Positions 18,545 through 31,645 of a stretch of 64,000 nt of DNA are shown piece after piece (position 1 is the first letter of the stretch; each line of letters opens with the position of its first letter). A program made the translations under genes and the position numbers. The stretch is taken from NCBI RefSeq assembly GCF_009914755.1, contig NC_060927.1. One strand, given 5' to 3'. The stretch comes from the human T2T-CHM13v2.0 reference genome, Homo sapiens. The notes under the pieces were generated by a model. The model searched no databases, was not told the origin of the DNA, and saw only the letters and a program-made list of their open reading frames with translations.

Positions 18545-18875
18545 AAGGTGGTGGTTAGGAACACAGATTCTGGAGCGAGACTTTCCTATTTACCAGCTGT
18601 GTGTCTTTGGGCAAGTTACATAACCTCTCTGTGGCTCAATTGGGAACACTAATAAGAGCTCCTATTTCTAAGTGTTGTTTAGGGTGACCGGCCATCCCGA
18701 TTTGCCTGAGATTAGAGTGGCTCCTGAAATGCAAGTCTTCCAGTGCTGTCACTAGGAAAGTGCTGGACAAAGTGGAATGAGTTAGTTATGTGAGCATAAA
18801 GAGTTAATTCATGTAAGGCTCTCAGACAGACATGTGCTTGGCACAGAGCATGTGTTTAATAATGTTCATTATCAT
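18545..18875 (+). mobile_element. MIR interrupted by a MER94-like element (about 18680-18785)
   Basis: TGTGTGTCTTTGGGCAAGTTACATAACCTCTCTG and TAGGGTGACC..CATCCCGATTTGCCTGAGA. Confidence 0.6.
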
Positions 18876-21800
18876 GATCACTGTTACTGCTACTATTGTA
18901 TATGGAAAAAGAAAAAAAAAGGATCCCTAGGCCAGGTGGAAATGTTTGAATGTTGCTGTAATGCTATTTTAATTAGAGGAAAGAGACTGCATAATGACCC
19001 TTGGCATCTAGGTTGCTCAGTGTCCTGAAATGTTCACCTAATTGCTTATTTTAAAATGAACTTACTACACAGCTAATAATGATGTGTAAGCCAAAATCCC
19101 ATTCTATACAATGAGAATAAATTTCTCTGGGGACAGGGCACAAGTAGAAGGTCCAGCAAGAAAGAAAACCTCATAACAATGCATGAAACCATCACTTGCT
19201 CTCTGAGCGTCTCCAAAGTCCTAGGACTGTTAAGATATGTGCAAGTGAGACTTTTGATGTACATGTCGTTTTGAGGCTCAGAAGCACAGAAATGTTGCAG
19301 GAATGCCACCAGGAAGCTCAGGAAAGGCTTGATATTTTGCTCTATTCAAAGCTTCGTGGCAGGAAGATAAAAAAAGCTAACATTAATTGATTAGTTTTTA
19401 AGTACTGGGCAATGTTCTAAGAGTTTTATGTGTGTATTGCCATTTAATACTCATGCCAATGAAGTAGACACTTCCAGTTTTGTGGAAGAATCTGAGGCTC
19501 AAAGATGTCAAGTAATTTATCTAAGGTCACATGGCTAGCAACTGGCAGTCCAGACAAATCTAGACTGTTTGACTCTAGTGCCCGTTATACTCTGCAGCTT
19601 ACATAGGTTATGCTTAGATGAAGCAGCAATTATTAGTCCCCCCTTTTAAGTCGAAGAGGGATTTAATTTATACCCATTTATTTTTAATGATTTAAATCTT
19701 ATAAATTATATATCACTTTCATTTATTCTGTATGTAGAGACTTGTTGATAATTTGCTTTTGGTATTTATTGCAGTTTTTATCTTTATCGTATAACTGAAT
19801 GAGTTATGTGGCACATTCCCATCCATGCCCAAACCTCTCTTGAGAGAAGCCCAAGTGATTGACCCATCAAATCCCAGCTCAAGATATTACTGTTTTCCAG
19901 TGGGAACCACCTGAACTGAAGGCAACAGGAATCGAAGAACAACTCAAGGAAATAAATTGCCTCTGTCAGGTTAGCCATGGAAACCAGAACATCTACAGTA
20001 AAAGCAAATGTCATAATCATAAAATTATTTTTCTATAAATTCATGCTTTACATGATAGAGGTCAATATATCTTTGAAATCTTAGTTTCATTTATTGCTTC
20101 TTTCAAGTTGTCTTCATGTATAACTTATTTCATTTTTATGTGACCTAAAATCCAATGATGATGACATCAATCATCATAATTAATATTAAACAGAGTTGCC
20201 TTTTTTTTTTTACTATTTCTGATTAATTAGTTTTACTTTCACTTTCTTACTGCTGCTCAGATGAAAAGTCATAAAATAATGACTAGTAATGTTATTCAGC
20301 TTCCAGAAACTCAACCTTCTAGCAGTAAATTGGAAACAGCTGGTTATATATTTTGTCCTATTGAAGGAAACAGAAAGATCCATCGAAAAACTAAAGTAAA
20401 AATTTAATAGAGTTGAATTACCTCTGCCTCAACTGACTATTTCCCAGTGGTCCACAGGGTAGCATGAACTTCGGGATGAGAAGGCAACATTAATTCAACA
20501 GAGGCTGTAGGAGTGTCTTATTGTCCCCAGAACCTCTAGAAGCTCAGAAATTTGCCTTGTGGAGGAATTCTGATGTTAGGTGTCAGTTCAAAATCTTATG
20601 TCCCAGAGCTGGAATGGACTTTGAGTGGTGGTCTCTCTTTTAATAGACAGGATTGCAATGGAATCAACTCAGAAAGCTCTTCTTTTCTTTCAAGTCTTTA
20701 GATCCCAAACTCTTAAAAGCATGAAGAAGCTCACAGTTCAATTTTCCCTATTCTTTACATCATAACAACTTCACTTTGAAATTAAATAAAGTGTTTTGAG
20801 ATTAGCAAGACCTCTATAGTCAATTTTTCTGCTTCACTGAGAACCCTCTCTTGTGAAAGGGAATCTGGAAATTAGAAAGTCAAGATGAAGGCATTTATGA
20901 CCCAGGGCCTGCTTGAAAATAGTTGAAATACTTAAAACCCATCTGCACTGTATGATAGCTTATTGCTCAAAGGAAATCTCTTAGCAGAAAGCTGTTGAGC
21001 TGTTGCCCCCAGGAGAGGGCCTTCCACATTCATGAACACGCAACCATCTGAGCAGCCACATAGTAACTGGGATTGTTCTGTATGAAAAAACTGTATCATA
21101 AAACACTTCATTATTATTGAGTCCTGGACTGGACTTCTGGGTTGATAGAAGTAGCAGCAAATGGGATAAACAATGAAGGGTCTTTCTCAGGATTTCGATG
21201 GCAAAAAGGCAAGGGGTAGCTCAAGCACTAAGTTTCAGTAAGGAGCCTAAAAAGACCACGTGCTCCAGCTGTAGGGATCATGGAGCCTTGTCTTGCTTAT
21301 GCCAGCCCTCGCCACCTATCAAGAGCAGCAATCTCCTTCCCATGGCAGGTTTTGCCCCAGCCACATCCAGAACCAAGGGAGGCAGGCCTGGTGGTTAACT
21401 GAGGTTCCGAGGCCACTATGTTAACAGGCTGGAAATAGTCTGGGTTGGGAATAAACAAAGATGGAGATACATAAACAGTAAGCTATGGGTCCTCATTCTT
21501 CTATCCTGGTGGGACCCACCCCATCCTTTTGTTGGAATAGAAGCCACCTCTGAATCCTACCTAGCTGCTGCTAGTGCTCTCCTATCCGGAGATTGGCCCT
21601 GTGCATGGATATCCTGTGTTCACCTGAATGGATCTTGCTGGATGGATGAAACATGACTTGCAGCCAAGAACTGCATCTGTCCTGGAGCTCTTGCTGCCCT
21701 GAAAATTTCATCCCTTCAGATAGGATGCTGGGGCTCATCTGCAGGGCCATTGCTAACAGCCACACAGGCTTTCCACCACATGAGTCCAGGAGGGACATTA

Positions 21801-22797
21801 TTCCCACAGGCCACAGTGTAAGTGATACCGTCTGGAGTTCGGCAATACAGAAGCTCTGTTTATCCAATGCAAGTGAGCCACACTCCTAGGACAGTGTGAT
21901 TTGAGGTGGTATGGTGATCCTTGGGGGAGACTGACATTCTATTCTAGTTAGTCTCTTCTCATACAACACTTCTTACCCCCATTGCGTATGCCTATGATAT
22001 TCTTTACTTCTTTCAGCCCCATGCATGCCTTGTGGCCAAGACTCTGCTTTACGATTCAACCAAACCTCACTTCACTTACTAAATCTAGCACCAGGAATGA
22101 AAGACAGGGAGAGCGGGATATATTTGAGAAATTGGATTTAACTCTTCTTCCAACAGAAGATGACTGCAGAGGACCGCAGGACACCTCTGGCCAGGGCAAT
22201 AGCCTAGCATAGCACAGTAAATTTGCACTGAGAGAGAATTACACTTCTTGCAGCTCTTTCATGGTTTGTGTATGTTCAATGATAATCAGGCAAATAAATA
22301 ATAAGATAAATAGAAATATGGTTGTACTTGCAGATTTGAATAACAATGGTCTGTTCTTTAAGGTCTGAAACTTTATCAACATTGTTCTGAGAGCTGAGAG
22401 CACACTTCCATTGTACATAAGCTTTATTATCACAGGACAAGGTCAGCTCAGCCCACAGTACAGGGGCTAATAGGAAACACCATGCTGCTACACAACCTGG
22501 GCTCAAATTTCAGGTCTATCTCAGGTCTGCCAGTTATGTGATCTTAAGCAAATTTTGTTTTCTATATTTCAGTTTCCACTTTCACAATTTGGGAATAGTA
22601 ATATGTACCTTACAGGGTCAAATAAAACATTTAAAATACTGCCCAGTACATGGTGCTTGCGGCTACTGCTGGCATAGAAGGGTTAACCCAGACCATTCCA
22701 TAATTACACTAATTGTATGTGTTTATTTGTGGAGGATATGCTGCATATTAAGTATGGAGTTTATCACAGAATATGTAGTCATATATTTAAAACAAAT

Positions 22798-23390
22798 TCT
22801 TATTGCAGTAAAATACATGTAACATAAAATTTACCATTTTGACCATTTTAAAGTGTACAGTTCAGTGGCAGTAAGTACATTTATGATGTTGTACACCTAT
22901 CACCACTATCTAGTTCTAGAACTTTTCCATCACCCTAAATGGAACCCCCACATCTGTTAAGCAATTATTCTTCATTTCCCCTCCTCCTAGCTCTTGGCAA
23001 CCAAAAATCTGCATTTTGTCTCTATAGATTTGCCTATTCTGGATATTTTATATAAATGGAATCATATAATGAGTGGCCTTCTGTGTCTGGCTTCTTTCAC
23101 TTATTATGATGTTTTCAAGGTTCATCCATGTTGTAGCATGCATCAGTATTTCATTTTTTTTGCATGGCTAAATAACATTCCATCATATGAATATACTACA
23201 TTTCATTTGCCTCCTCATTCATTCATGGACAATTGAGTTGTTTCTACCTTTTGGTCATTGTGAATAGTGCAGCTATGAACATTCAAGTACATGTTTTGGT
23301 TTGAACACTTGTTTTCAATTCTTTGGAGTATATTCCTAAGAGTGGAATTGTTGGGTGGCATGGCAATTCTGTGTTCAACTTGTAAGGAAT
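22798..23390 (-). mobile_element. L1MB-like 3' end
   Basis: AACATAAAATTTACCATTTT...GTGTACAGTTCAGTGGCA, typical of L1MB 3'UTR. Confidence 0.8.
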
Positions 23391-25779
23391 GGTCATATAT
23401 TTTAAAATAATTATTTCCTTATTCTTACAATGTCCAAACTTAAAAATAAAACTGTCATATTAATTATGAAGGAGGTGAATCTGAAGAGTGACATTTGCCA
23501 TCACTTTTCCAGTCACCTGATTGTACACACAGATGAGGAGCAGTGCTTACAAACAATACTCAAATCAGGATCATTTCTGATTGGGTGGCTGACTGCTTAC
23601 AATTACAGAAAAGTGTTATTGTGGCAATGCTGTTCATATTTTTGGATTGATTTCAATGTTGTTTCTGATATTTCCAGGAATTTGGCCAGTAATACTTCCC
23701 AAAGTAGGAATAATGAAAAATATAAATTATGAAACTAACTGAAAATTGAACTTATCTTTAAATGACTATATTGATACTTTTAGTTCTCCAGTGAATTTTT
23801 GGTATTCCCTAGGAAGAATGCACCTTCCAATAAGTGATGAGTGTCACTCAGTTCTGGGATGAGGAATGTTTTGCAGTGCTTATCCGATCACAAAATCCGC
23901 CAGGGGAAGTTCACTCGGAAGACCTCAACTTTTTCCTACCAGGTACTCTTGATGGTTGCCAAATACAAGTTAGATGTCCAAACATTAAGAATACAAAGTA
24001 GTCAATGTCAACATGATCAGAAAGGAATCTGGGATATTTTCAGAGGAGTTAGCACAGTTTCTAGACATGAAAGTAATTTTGGAATTTACATGAATTTTAA
24101 ATCAAATACACACACATACCTCTCTATATATTTGCATGACACTAATGTAGTTGATTTCTGGCAACAATACAGAGCCACTTTGTGGTCACACTGAGTCAGT
24201 GGAAGCCCATATGGTAGAAATAAACACTTGGCTCTTCCAAGCACAGATTTATCAAAAGTTGTACAGAGGCAAATAAGGCAGGCAAGCCGTGATCCCCTGC
24301 AGGTACCATTCCATGTGCTACCAATTACTTTGCAACTCTGCAAAATGCATAACAGTAACCAGATATAGGGCACAGAAAATTTTAGGAAATTCTATTAATA
24401 AACTCCACTAAAATGGGTCCGTTTACATTTTTTTTTCCCCAGAGGAAGGAAGGATAAGCCTAAGATCATGTATATGTGAGTCACCCATTGCATTGCTCTC
24501 TCTGGTTGGCAGTTCTGAACTAAGACCTTCTGGGCTGGCCACCATCAGGCATCAGAAGAACACTCATGGGAGAGTTATATGTATTTACCAGGAGGTTTAT
24601 TATGTCCGATATGTTGGTGCAGGGTATATAGGACCTCCACATAGTGTATATCAACTCCACGTAGTGTGTATCAAACTCATTGACGCTCCTGTTAGAAGTG
24701 GCCTTTAGCAACTACTAACTAAGCCTGACTTTCCTAAGATGCCAACCGTCTATTCCCTGTTGACTTCATGATCATGTGGCTGACATGAGAAAGTTAGGGG
24801 GCATTTTATTTCAGTCACTGCTGCTAAATGAGGTGTTACTGAATAGAAAGCAACTAATTTTGTGCAGCCAATTCTCGGGATATACCATGAATTTGAAAGC
24901 CAATTTTAGAAAATAATTCTAGTCTTAAGGAAATTCAGTTCTTCAGGCTACAGGTAAGACTGGAAGCCTCTGAGGAAGGCATTTTCATGTGGCTAATTGT
25001 ACTCTTAGAGTACAAGTTCTGAAAAATGTTACAGATTACTTGTCATTAATGCAGCTGCTGTAACAACATGAACAGCCATTAAGCTTGAGGAAGGTTGATT
25101 TCATTTGTTATCCTGCACTGGGGAAATGTCTACCAGCATCACCATCATTAACAAATACTCTGAGGACTTACCAAGGATGAGACATTGGGCTGAGTGTTAA
25201 AACTATAAAAAGATTCAGAGTTTTACAGCTTAAAAAAGAGATGTCAGAAGTATATGAATATTTAAAAAGAGCAATCCATGATCAAGTGCCAAATGAGAAG
25301 TACTGGGAATCACGGGGGTGTAGAAAGTAAGAAATAGGCTAGCCCTGATGAATGCTAGGCCTAGATAAATAAAATAGCGGGCACCTAGAGGAGCAAGAGT
25401 TTGGGTAAAGGCATGGAGGTGGGGATGAGAATGGCATGTCCGAGAAGGCAGTGTGGGATAAAGAAGCAGTGGCAAGATCATAGAGCCAGGGCCAAGTCCT
25501 GATTCTGCCTTCTACTGGCCATATTACCTTGGACAGGTTATTCGCCTTTCTATTTTCTCATTCATAAAATGAGGACAGTGCTAACTACACTACAGACTTG
25601 TCACCAGGATTAAATAAAATAATTTGTTCACCTTTTTAAAATTATCTATCACCTTCATCAATATTATAATGCTCAGAGTCAATGAAATTATCTCCAAAAA
25701 GCTGCTGTCAAAAAGCCCAAAGTGTGTTGGCACTGGGAAATTGGGAGGTGTTTTTTTCTTTGACATTCTCAAATACAGT

Positions 25780-25992
25780 AGACCACTGGGCAACATAGTA
25801 GGACCACATCTCTATGAAAAAAAAAAAAATGCTGGGTGTAGTGGCCTGTGCTTGTAGTTCCAGCTACTTTGGGGGCTGCGGTGGGAGGATGGCTTGAGCC
25901 TGAGGGTTGGGGCTTCAGTGAGCCGTGTTTGCATCACTGCACTCCAGCCTGGGCAACAAGGAGGCCCTATCTCAAAAACAAAGAACAAAAAA
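25780..25992 (+). mobile_element. 5'-truncated AluJ
   Basis: End of left arm, A linker, right arm and tail. Confidence 0.85.
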
Positions 25993-27317
25993 CAACTCCC
26001 CACAAGAAGGAAAGGAATGTGCATGGGATAAGGAAATGCAAATACAGAAAACTGAGACAGGAAAGGAGAACAACAAAGAGAGGGAGAAGACAGGAAGATT
26101 TATTATGAAGAAAGGTAGTCAAATCAAAGGAAAGACAATCATGGAATAGTGGTAGTAAAAACCCAAGAAGACCAAATGTTTTCCCCTTTGAATACAGCAT
26201 ATAGGATCTGAATATAAATAGTGTCTAGTGTGGGACAGAAGAAGGAATAGAGTACAAAAAGTGTCCATCTCTACAAAAAAGAAATCAGTCAACTATGCGT
26301 ACTTTTTTTTTCTCATCAATTCTCCAAATATTCTGCTGGGAAAAAGATGGGAGTTATTGGCTCCGAGTTAGTGAAGCCTCTTATATGTGACTCCAGTGAC
26401 CCTTGAAGTTTGCATCTGTTACAATCAAGCACACCATTTCCTAACACACTGCCTTTGTTTGCTGGACTCATGCAGGGCGGTGGAGTGAGTCACTACATAG
26501 CCCACTAGGCACCATGGCTACCAGCCTCCCTCTGCCTGCTGTTTCCTTCCTGGACCGAGACCCTGACATGCAAATCAGCATCGTAGAATCCTCCTTCTGG
26601 CATTTCTTGTCTTCTCATTTTCTACTCCTTCCTTACATGATAGCTCCTCATCAATGAGTACTAAGAGTGACTGAAAATACTGCGAATATTTCCTTTGGGT
26701 CTTAGAAAGCAGGCTAGAGGGAAAGGGTTTCAGAATAGCTTAATAGCAGTAAAAGCAGTGAATGTTAAACTGCTAGTTATTGTTGGCACTATTCTTGTCT
26801 AAGTCGTCTGAATACCAATATATTTACAGTTAGAGTTAGGGCCCCTTTCCCCCAAAACCAATTACTTTGAGTTTTACAGATGAGCTAAGGGTGCCAACTC
26901 AGACAGTGACTGCATCAGATTATAACCTAGCATTACTGAGGAACCATTTGCTGCCCCTCCAATGATGCTTAGAAGACCTCAGCAGAACTGGATAAAATGC
27001 TTCCTATATGGCACCTCTCTTGGACCACAATGGTATTACCTGGGCACTGCTTACCGCTAGTTCAGTGAACACTCTTGCATCTGCTTCACTCTGCCCAACA
27101 TTGTGTTGATTCATCTCTGTCTGCTGTCTTCTTCTCCATTCCCCTAAGCGTATACCTTTTATTTCCTTTATTATCATTTAAGTGGGGTTTTATTGCTAGT
27201 AGAGATAAACATGTTCAATCAGCTATGTTTACCAGAAGTCTCGCATGGAGGATCAGAAACCCCTACACTCCATCTAACACAAAACTCCAGGTGAATGTGG
27301 AAAAATATAATCTAGAG

Positions 27318-27537
27318 CAAGGGTTGATAAACTACTGTCCATGGGCAAAGTCTGACTCACTGCTTGCTTGTTTAAACAAAGTTTTATTGGAACACAGTCA
27401 TAGCCATCCATTTATGAATTATCTATAGTTGTTTTCCTACTACAATGGCAGAATTGAGCAGCTTCAACAGAGACCACACAAACTGTCCAAAAATATTTAC
27501 TACTTGGACTTTTATATGGGAAGTTTGCCAGCCTCTG
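27318..27537 (+). mobile_element. MER58A hAT-Charlie
   Basis: AAAGTTTTATTGGAACACAG core and TIR-like ends in TCTAGA context. Confidence 0.8.
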
Positions 27538-27960
27538 CTCTAGAACGTAATTTGATTAACAGTGAATAATATTGTAAGACATAATATAAACATTTTTCTG
27601 TATTTTAAACTTGTTTGAAAAATGCTAAAATTTTTGGAATTATTACGCTTAGTTTTAGTGTCAAAGGAAATGCCATAGGCATTTTATATATTTATATATG
27701 TATATAAATTTATGTATTTATATATAAAGAAATATATTTTACCAAGAAATGGCAAAAGAATATCCTTTTAAATAAAGGTATTAATCTAGATATCAAATAT
27801 AGCAGTGCGATAAATGTTACTTATAAAGAGAAATCTGGCATTTCTTTACATATTAAATTAAGAAAATGTTAGTTAACATGACTGTTGTTTCCAGTGTTTC
27901 AACAAAAATATTTAATTTAAAAGGTTATCCTGATAAAATTTTGTAGCAAAGGCAGCTATA

Positions 27961-29094
27961 ATTGAACATAGCTAGCTTAGATCTTTAAACTGTACTTCTA
28001 AACTATTGCACATTTTTCAAACCTAAATTTTCACCATCATGATTAAAAAGTGAAGCATCTTTGAAAAAATAATCTTGCTCCATAAGGTCAAAATATTTTC
28101 CAACACAGAAAAAAATTCTGGAAGGAAATACATATCATTTCTAAAAGTGGTAAAATGATAAGATTAAGGATGACTTTCTTTAGTTTTTTTCCTATTTTCC
28201 AATATTTTACAGGGAACATTATACTTTTATAATCGGGGAAAAATACCTTCACTAGAATTTTTTTCCACCAGGAAATGGATTAGAATTGAGCTGTGCTGTT
28301 ATAATAGATTCAATTAGCCTTTCAACTGTCACCAAGTTATTATTGCAGTGGGCTAGCCTTCTGAGGGATAAAATGATCAACTAAGTTTATTTTATACATA
28401 AAAAGATTTTAGGTGATAGCCTCAGAGATGTAAAATACTCAGAAAATAAGAATTGTGTCTGAAGATCATTGGATATAGAAAAATTGGCAGTTAATTTTTT
28501 TTTCTTCAGTTACCACTCTGGTTTGAAGAATAATATGAAATAGCACCTCCCCAGAATAGTTATTATGTTCTGGGGAGGTCTTTACCAGGTCCATTCCTCA
28601 ACCAGGGCTTTCCTAGATATGGGTGGGCTGGAGGTGGAAGCAGTGGGGACAAGTTACGTATCATCCTTCCTCCTGATATTTTTCTACAGATAAAAATGAA
28701 TGTGCAATTAATGTCTATGATAAATAGTTCCTATAATGTGAATGCTGATTCAATTTAGGAGTAAATGTACTAAGAGCTTTTAGAAGAAAGTCATATTTTT
28801 TTGGATGCTTCCCTCATTTAATCCTCAAATATGCAACAAATTAGCCATTATTATAGATTCAAAGGTTAAATCTGTAAACCAAGGCCTTGTCTACTGGAGT
28901 CCATGTTCCAAACCACCCCTCCTGATGGACTGACTCCTGCACTTCTCTACCTTTATGAATAACTGTAATAAGCTAATTTATTTAAAACATTGAATATTGC
29001 TAGCTTAGATCTTTAAATTGTACTTCTAAACTATTCCACATTTTTCAAACCTAAATTTTCCCCATCATGATTAAAAGGTGAAGCATCTTGGAAA
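27961..29094 (+). repeat. 106-bp dispersed direct repeat (27961-28066 and 28989-29094)
   Basis: Ungapped alignment by eye, about 7 mismatches. Confidence 0.92.
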
Positions 29095-30615
29095 TCAATT
29101 TTCACTAATTCTATGTTTTCTTCAATGTATCAAATGTTTGAAAATACCATGCATGTACTCCCAGCAAATGGTTAACATCTTAACTATTCTGTTTCTTTTT
29201 CAATGCTGAGATTCAGATATCATTTATTTGTGGCAGTCTCTGTGGGTTTTCAAACTTTTATATTGCATCATAAGACAATTAACTTTTCCTAATAAGGGCT
29301 GTCACCCTAACTATAAGTAAAAAGTCACATGCAATATTAAAGTCCACAGAAAGATTGTGATTCAGTCACAAGCTCAAGACTGCACATTGATGGTATGGAC
29401 ATCTCTATTAAGTCAGGTGCTGGGCAGACTTGTCCCTTGCTCCTCATTTGTTGATTCATTTGTGAATTCACTGAACTGCACTGCACTGTGTTGAGCACTT
29501 GCTTTGTGCCTAGTGCTGTGCCAGACACTAGGCATCAAGAAGGTTCAGAGCCTACAGTGATATTGCAAGGATATTGACTCAGAACCTTGGTGCTGACTGC
29601 TTCTATTCTCAGTTATTGTGGTTAGGGTTCTCCACTCTAGTTCTGGCCCTGGGACTCCAACCCACCCTCTGCACACTCTGAGTAGGTATCCCATGAGGTA
29701 TGTGAGATAACTGGGTTATTTAAGCCAGACTCCTAAAAGTGGAGGTTATTGGAAAACCAAACAAGGCATCTCAAATTCAGGCTCCAAGGGCTGTTTCTGT
29801 CCCACCTGGACCTGAGACCCCCACGGCCTGAGAATATTGTTCTAGTGCCCTGGGCTTCTGCTTGTCTAGCATTTTAGGGGACAAGGAAATATTCTGCAAA
29901 GGTCATTTATCTGTGAAAGCAGTGACTTATGACATGGGAAGGCCTCTGCTGGCTGCAGGGGTTGGCCCTGGCCAGATTTGTTGCTGCATGGATTTCTGTG
30001 CCCTGGTCAGCCATCCACCAAAGGTGGCAATCCTGTTCCTCACCCTGTGCTGTTGTTGCCAAGCACTGGGCCCTGCACTGGACAAGTAGGGCAAAGGTAG
30101 CTGAGGGCTCCACTGCTCTTATGATATTGACCCATTCACTGGGGACACCTCAACCTCACACTTCCCTTTGTACTCTCCCGTGTCTCTAAATCCTCATCTG
30201 TCTGGAGAACATCAGACCCTTGTGTCTGGAGGAAAGTGATAGAGGGTGGGAACACAAAGGAATGCACTGCTAATATAAATTATTTCAGGCTTCTGCTCAA
30301 GAAGGTCGGGTGGCGAGGTTGTAGAATTTATATTGAAAAAGAGAAGGGGAATTCTTCTTAGACCCCTTGACTCACTGATTGTGCCTAAACCCCTTCACTG
30401 TTTTATGGTTGTGGTATTCCAAGCCAGCCTTACCTAAAGTGAAAGAGTCAAGTGTCCTGCTCACATCTTTCTGCATGAAACTTGCCCACAACCAGCTGAT
30501 TCCGTGTCAAGATATTTTTATTTATATTTAATTTGTTATTACATCTGAGATGGAAGGAAAGCAGTATGACTAAAACCAGAAAAAGATTCTTTTTCCTTCG
30601 AAAGTCAGTAAGGTC

Positions 30616-31645
30616 GAAATCATATCCAAGATGGCCAAATAGGAACAGCTCCAGTCTACAGCTCCCAGCGTGAGCGACGCAGAAGACGGGTGATTTCTGC
30701 ATTTCCAACTGAGGTACCAGGTTCATCTCACTGGGGCTTGTCAGACAGTGGATGCAGGACAGTGGGTGCAGCCCACTGAGTGTGAGCCAAAGCAGGGTGA
30801 GTCATCACCTCACCCGGGAAGTGCAAGGGGTCAGGGAATTCCCTTTCCTAGGCAAGGGAAGCTGTGACAGACGGCACCTGGAAAATCGGGTCATGCCCAC
30901 CCTAATACTGCACTTTTCCAACAGTCTTAGCAAACGGCACACCAGGAGATTATATCCCGCACCTGGCTCAGAGGGTCCCATGCCCATGGAGCCTCGCTCA
31001 TTGCTAGCACAGCAGTCTGAGATCAAACTGCAAGGCAGCAGTGAGGCTGGGGGAATCAATGGCCTGCCATTGATGAGGCTTGAGTAGGTAAACAAAGCGG
31101 CCAGGAAGCTCAAACTGGGTGGAGCCCACTGCAGCTCAAGAAGGCCTACCTGCCTCTGTAGACTCCACCTCTGGAGGCAGGGCATAGCTGAACAAAAGGG
31201 AGCAGAAACTTCTGCAAACTTAAATGTCCCTGTCTGACAGCTTTGAAGAGAGTAGTGGTTCTCCCAGCACGGAGTTTGAGATCTGAGAATGGTCAGACTG
31301 CCTCCTCAAGTGGATCCCTGACCCCTGAGTAGCCTAACTGGAAGGCACCCCCCAGTAGGGGCAGACTGACAGCTCACACGGCCGGGTACCCCTCTGAGAC
31401 GAAGCTTCCAGAGGAACATTCAGGCAGCAACATTTGCTGTTCAGCAATATTCGTTGTTCTGCAGCCTCTGCTGCTGATACCTAGACAAACAGGGTCTGGG
31501 GTGGACCTCCAGCAAACTCCAACAGACCTGCAGCTGAGAGTCCTGACTGTTAGAAGGAAAACTAACAAACAGGAAGGACATCCACACCAAAACCCCGTCT
31601 GTACATCACCATCATCAAAGACCAAAGGTAGATAAAACCACAAAG
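30616..31645. promoter_or_regulatory. L1 5'UTR: sense promoter (YY1 site AAGATGGCC near 30628) and antisense promoter/ORF0 region oriented like VEPH1
   Basis: Matches the primate L1 5'UTR. ORF0-like peptide PPASLLPCSLISDCCASN...GPSEPGAGYNL in minus ORF 30805..31185. Activity not shown. Confidence 0.65.

Noticed and set aside
30870-30885. ORF0 second donor (TCCAG|GTGCCG) as a VEPH1 fusion site
   Set aside because: It is phase 2 in the ORF0 frame, so out of frame with the exon at 7780.
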